DNA from: a bacterium
Lineage (GTDB): Bacteria; UBA8248
NCBI GenBank assembly: GCA_965204535.1
Contig: OZ241996.1
Coordinates: 768,001 to 832,000 of the forward strand
Direction of reading: 5' to 3'
Length of the DNA: 64,000 bases
The position numbers were made by a program, and so were the translations under genes. Below are positions 60,025 to 64,000 of this stretch, one piece after another (position 1 is the first letter of the stretch; the number at the start of each line of letters is the position of its first letter). The notes beneath the pieces are model-generated. The model ran no database searches and was not told the origin of the DNA. It saw nothing but the letters and a program-made list of their open reading frames with translations.

Positions 60025-61190
60025 TGACGAAGCCCGCGATGAAAACGCTCTCGAACCGGCTGGTCGCGAAACTCACTGTCGAGAAGGACACGGTCTTCTG
60101 GGACCGGGATCTCACCGGCTTCGGTGTCAGAATCTATCCCACCGGCTCAAAAGTCTACATCGCCCAGGCGCGCGGACCCGAAGGACCGAAACGGGTGGCG
60201 GTGGGCCGCCACGGCGTGATCCACGCCGATCAGGCGCGCAAGCGCGCGGCGCTCGTCATCGCGCGCATCAAGGCGGGCGAGGAGGCGGTTCCCGAACCGA
60301 GCAAGCCCGCAGGCGGTCCCACGGTGGCAGAGCTCGCGAAGCGCTATCTCACCGAATACGTCTCCGTGCGCTGTAAGCCGCGCACCGTGAAGACGCTCCA
60401 CTCCGTGGTTTTGAGGCACATCGTCCCGGCGCTGGGAAAGCTGCCGCTCACGGCGGTCGGGCGCGCCCACGTCTTGGGGCTGCATCAAAGCCTCCATGAG
60501 ACGCCCGCTATCGCCAACCAGGCTGTCCGCACGCTGTCCGCGATGTACCGCTTGGCAGAGGAGTGGGGCATGGTTCCAGAGAGGACGAACCCGTGTCGTG
60601 CCATCGCCGAATATCCGGTCGGCCGCCGGGAACGGTTCCTCACCGAGGCGGAATTCAACCGCCTGGGACGCGCGCTCGACCGGATCGAGACGGAGGGCGG
60701 CGCGTCGGCGAGCGCGGTGGCGGCGATCAGGCTCCTGATCCTGACCGGGTGCCGGAAGTCGGAGATCCTCACGCTGCGCTGGGAGGAGGTGGCGCTCGAT
60801 CAAGCGGAGTTCAGGCTCTCAGACTCCAAGACGGGCGCGCGGGTCGTTTCGCTCTCAGGGCCCGCGGTCAAACTCCTCGCGGGACTGCCGCGCCTGCCTG
60901 GGGTCCCCTGGGTGCTCCCCGGCAGGAAGCCGGGTACGCACCTCCGGAAGCTCGATGACGCCTGGCAGGCCGTCCGCTCTCGCGCGGGACTTCACGACGT
61001 GCGCTTGCACGATCTCCGTCATTCGTTCGCCTCGCGCGCCCTGGCGCTGGGCGAGGGACTCACCGTGATAGGCAAGCTCCTGGGCCACGCACGGATCGAG
61101 ACCACCTCGCGCTACGCGCATCTCGCGCGCGATTCGGTGCACGAGTCCGCCGAGCGGGTCGCCGCGAGCATCGCCGAAGACCTGCTGTAG
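60021..61190 (+). CDS. Tyrosine recombinase with arm-binding domain (Int2)
   Basis: Paralogue of Int1 overlapping its stop; TGCRKSE, DSK, HDLRH, LLGH, TSRY. Confidence 0.95.
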   Translation: MMTKPAMKTLSNRLVAKLTVEKDTVFWDRDLTGFGVRIYPTGSKVYIAQARGPEGPKRVAVGRHGVIHADQARKRAALVIARIKAGEEAVPEPSKPAGGPTVAELAKRYLTEYVSVRCKPRTVKTLHSVVLRHIVPALGKLPLTAVGRAHVLGLHQSLHETPAIANQAVRTLSAMYRLAEEWGMVPERTNPCRAIAEYPVGRRERFLTEAEFNRLGRALDRIETEGGASASAVAAIRLLILTGCRKSEILTLRWEEVALDQAEFRLSDSKTGARVVSLSGPAVKLLAGLPRLPGVPWVLPGRKPGTHLRKLDDAWQAVRSRAGLHDVRLHDLRHSFASRALALGEGLTVIGKLLGHARIETTSRYAHLARDSVHESAERVAASIAEDLL

Positions 61191-61249
61191 GGCGCCGGTC
61201 GCAACTACCGGGAAACCCGGTCGATGATGAATGCGATCGAAGCCCGCAC

Positions 61250-61560
61250 CGAAGATCAGCCACGTCCATATCGTCTCGTGGCCGAGCCACGACGCGAACG
61301 GCCGCGGCAAGTACGACACCTGCATTCGGGGCGACACGGTGCTGCGCTTCGCGTACACGGTCTCGGCCGGGGTGTGGGTGCAGACGGGGGCGACGCGGAG
61401 ACAGGGAGCGGCCTGGAGGTGGGCGGCTCGCTGCGCTGGACGTCCGGAAACCTCACGATCGAGGTCGCCGCGCGCGGCCTCATGGCCCATTCCGAGGACG
61501 ACTACGAGGAGTGGGGGGTGAGCGGCTCGGTGCAGTATGCGCAGGCTCCCGGCGCTGGTA
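61250..61560 (+). pseudogene. Collapsed remnant of a large surface protein/autotransporter
   Basis: DGGDAETGSGLEVGGSLRW...RGLMAH...YEEWGVSGSV reads like beta-barrel strands; another frame gives IVSWPSHD.NG.GKYDT.IRGD / LRFAYTV. Confidence 0.5.
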
Positions 61561-61671
61561 GCACACATCCTTCCCCCGGTGCGGGGCTCCGCGCCGGGGG
61601 GATTTCTAATCTTCAACTGAAAATATCGTAGACACGGTTTTTCAGGAACATTGTGAGGAGGTTGATCGGCC

Positions 61672-62394
61672 ATGAATTTTCGTTTTTTGTTTGCTCAGAT
61701 GACCACAAACGACACCGAAGTGACGCTGGACGAGCGCCTCAGGCGGGCGGTCGCCGCCTGGTGCTGGCGGCGCGGGGTGAGCGAGCGCGGCTTCGGCGCG
61801 GACATGCTGGGGAACCCCGGATTCGCCGCCACGCTGGCGCGGGGCCGCTCGCTGCGTCTCCCGACGGCCGACCGGGTGCTCGCCTTCATCGGCTACCCAC
61901 CGCTGGGCCCCGCCTTCCGGCTGGAGCTCGATACCTACCTGGCGGTGAGCGGGACCAAGATATCGATCCTGGGCGAGATGGCCCTGGGCGACCCCTCCTT
62001 CGTGGGGCGGTTCCGCCGGGGCGTATCGCCGCAGCTCGCCACGGTCGACCGCGTGCGCGCCTGGACGGCGGTGAACGCGAACGAGGAGGAGATACGGACC
62101 ATCCGGGCGCGGCTGGCCGAGGCGGCGCCGGCGATACATCCCCTCGCCCGGCCTGGGGCCGAAGGCATGAACGGACGCGCCGAAGACTGCCTGAGCGAGC
62201 GGGAGGCGGCCGCCCGGCTGTGCATCTCACCGGGGGTGCTGGGAAGCTGCCGCATGCGCCGCGAGGGGCCGGCATTCCGCCGCATAGGCAACCGGTTGCG
62301 CTACCTGCCCGAGGATATCGACGCGTGGGCACGGGCGCAGCGCTGGACCTCCCTATCCGAGGAGAGTAATGCGCGGAAGAGGAAGGAGAGCTAG
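61672..62394 (+). CDS. Multi-HTH protein: two Cro-like domains plus C-terminal excisionase/AlpA-like HTH (copy 1)
   Basis: Internal repeat G..(M/A)LG(N/D)P.F......G.S..L.T.DRV.A; C-terminal L.EREAAARL.IS...L...R...EGP.F.RIG...RY...DIDAW. Confidence 0.8.
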   Translation: MNFRFLFAQMTTNDTEVTLDERLRRAVAAWCWRRGVSERGFGADMLGNPGFAATLARGRSLRLPTADRVLAFIGYPPLGPAFRLELDTYLAVSGTKISILGEMALGDPSFVGRFRRGVSPQLATVDRVRAWTAVNANEEEIRTIRARLAEAAPAIHPLARPGAEGMNGRAEDCLSEREAAARLCISPGVLGSCRMRREGPAFRRIGNRLRYLPEDIDAWARAQRWTSLSEESNARKRKES

Positions 62395-62535
62395 AGGACT
62401 GCGCCGGGGGAACGCCAGAACGCATCGATGCGTGTTTTTAGACGGGGGGGAGCCTGCGGCCCCGGGTTTTTTTTCTTCTAGTGAAAATATCGTAGACATT
62501 GGAATTCACGAATATTGTCAAGGAGATCATCCATC

Positions 62536-63264
62536 ATGAACTTTCGTCTTTTATTTGCTCAGATGACCACAAACGACACCGAAGTGACTCTGGACGAGCG
62601 CCTTGGGCGGGCGATCGCCGCCTGGTGCTGGCGGCGGGGCGTGAGCGGGCTCCGCTTCGGCGTGGACGCGCTGGGGGACCGCGGCTTCATCTCCAGGCTG
62701 GCGCGGGGCCGCTCGGTGCAGCTCCCGACGGCCGACCGGATCCTGGCCTTCATCGGCTACCCGCCGCTGGGTCCCGCCTTCCGGCTGGAGCTCGATACCT
62801 ACCTGGCCGTGAGCGGGACCAAGATATCGATCCTGGGCGAGTTGGCTCTGGGCGACCCCTCCTTCGTGGGGCGGTTCCGCCGGGGCTCATCGCCGCATCT
62901 CGCCACGGTCGACCGCGTGCGCGCCTGGGCGGCGGCCAATGCGAACGAGGAGGAGATACGGGCCATCCGGGCGCTCCTGGCCGAGGCGGCGCCGGGGGTA
63001 CATCCCCTCGCCAGGCCTGAGGCCGAAGTGGAAGGCATGAACGGACGCGCCGAAGACAGCCTGAACGAGCGGGAGGCGGCCGCCCGGCTGGGCATCTCGC
63101 GGGGGGTGCTGGTGAGCTGCCGCGCCCGCGGCGAGGGGCCGGCCTTCCGCCGCATAGGCAACCGGTTGCGCTACCTGCCCGAGGATATCGATGCGTGGGC
63201 ACGGGCGCAGCGCTGGACCTCCCTATCCGAGGAGAGTAATGCGCGGAAGAGGAAGGAGCGCTAG
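62536..63264 (+). CDS. Multi-HTH protein (copy 2)
   Basis: Paralogue of 61672-62394; AAGGAG RBS. Confidence 0.8.
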   Translation: MNFRLLFAQMTTNDTEVTLDERLGRAIAAWCWRRGVSGLRFGVDALGDRGFISRLARGRSVQLPTADRILAFIGYPPLGPAFRLELDTYLAVSGTKISILGELALGDPSFVGRFRRGSSPHLATVDRVRAWAAANANEEEIRAIRALLAEAAPGVHPLARPEAEVEGMNGRAEDSLNEREAAARLGISRGVLVSCRARGEGPAFRRIGNRLRYLPEDIDAWARAQRWTSLSEESNARKRKER

Positions 63265-63612
63265 AGGACCGCACTCGGGGAAACGCCTCTGCGCGAGGCG
63301 GGCGGACACGGACGCAGAAGCGCATCCTTCGCGTGTTTTCAGACGTTCGTTCATTGTCGGCAGCCGTGAAATCGCATTATCTCATGGATGCCACCGGGGA
63401 CCATGAATTTCGCCCGGGTCTCGTTCGGAATCCCCCTCCCGCAACAAACAACCAAAACGCAAACGAGGGGAATCAAACCCCTGCGTTCATACGCGCCTCC
63501 CCCAGGCACAGCACCTCGAAGAGGCCGAGGCGGGTTGTCAGGGGGCGGCGGAAGGGCGTCCGGGAGAGGACGTTCTCTGCCTTCCCGACCACCCACAGCA
63601 AGGAGGCGCGCG

Positions 63613-63927
63613 ATGCGGACGACCATGCGAGAGTCGAACACTTTCCTCACCCACACCTTCGGCCGCGGGCTCGAAGACGAGCGATACGCCGTGGAACGGT
63701 TCAAGTCCGCGATGGACGGCGAGATCCGTCCCATGCCCGCTGCGGAAGCGAAGAACGGAAGCGGGCGCAGGATGAAGAGAGCTACGGCCACCCGGAAAGC
63801 CGTCCGGGAGATGCGGCCCGCACGGGACGAGATCATCGTCTGCACGGGCCTGCGCACCAGGGACAGCGGGGTTCAATACTGGGGGGCGTACGCCACGGGA
63901 TTTTTTGCCCAAAGCAGTCGGCGCTGA
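63613..63927 (+). CDS. Hypothetical protein
   Basis: AGGAGG RBS and ATG; 104 aa; no recognisable motif. Confidence 0.5.
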   Translation: MRTTMRESNTFLTHTFGRGLEDERYAVERFKSAMDGEIRPMPAAEAKNGSGRRMKRATATRKAVREMRPARDEIIVCTGLRTRDSGVQYWGAYATGFFAQSSRR

Positions 63928-63940
63928 GGGGGGGAGACGG

Positions 63941-64000
63941 ATGCCGTACAAGGACCCCGAGGAGGCACGAAAGAAAGAGCGCGAACGCCACCGCCGTCGC
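63941..64000 (+). CDS. Hypothetical protein (3' truncated by window)
   Basis: GGAG RBS; MPYKDPEEARKKERERHRRR. Confidence 0.5.
   Translation, partial: MPYKDPEEARKKERERHRRR

Larger units (their letters stand above)
61618..63345 (+). repeat. Tandem duplication, period 864 bp
   Basis: TGAAAATATCGTAGACA at 61618 and 62482; ATGs at 61672 and 62536; similarity continues past the stops to GCGTGTTTT.AGACG. Confidence 0.9.

Noticed and set aside
58846-64000. Intact prophage
   Set aside because: No structural, terminase or replication genes within the window; cannot be excluded beyond it.

Overview
High-GC bacterial chromosome segment; the gene families suggest an uncultured, possibly sponge-associated lineage (inference only). 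The core backbone carries a leuC/leuD-type hydro-lyase pair, an M16 peptidase pair, a divergent Sdh/Frd plus class I fumarase cluster, def, gap-pgk-tpiA-secG-peptide ABC-tRNA-Leu(GAG), hydantoinase/oxoprolinase A/B, pgi, rimI-cvpA and aroA-tenA-tag. Three accessory regions interrupt it. (1) At 17.8-21.1 kb, an integrase-free array of cassettes is separated by four decayed copies of the def 3' end. (2) At 44.6-53.1 kb, a defence island holds Hachiman (hamAB), a GmrSD-like nuclease and intact or broken toxin-antitoxin modules. (3) From 58.5 kb to the window end, an integrative element has two tandem paralogous tyrosine recombinases and two tandem Cro-Cro-Xis-like genes that differ mainly in predicted DNA-contacting segments. 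Intergenic DNA contains one IS1182-family element and several short non-autonomous elements with the same ends; these carry REP-like palindromes and are inserted into other palindromes. All calls come from motif reading by eye; no database search was run.
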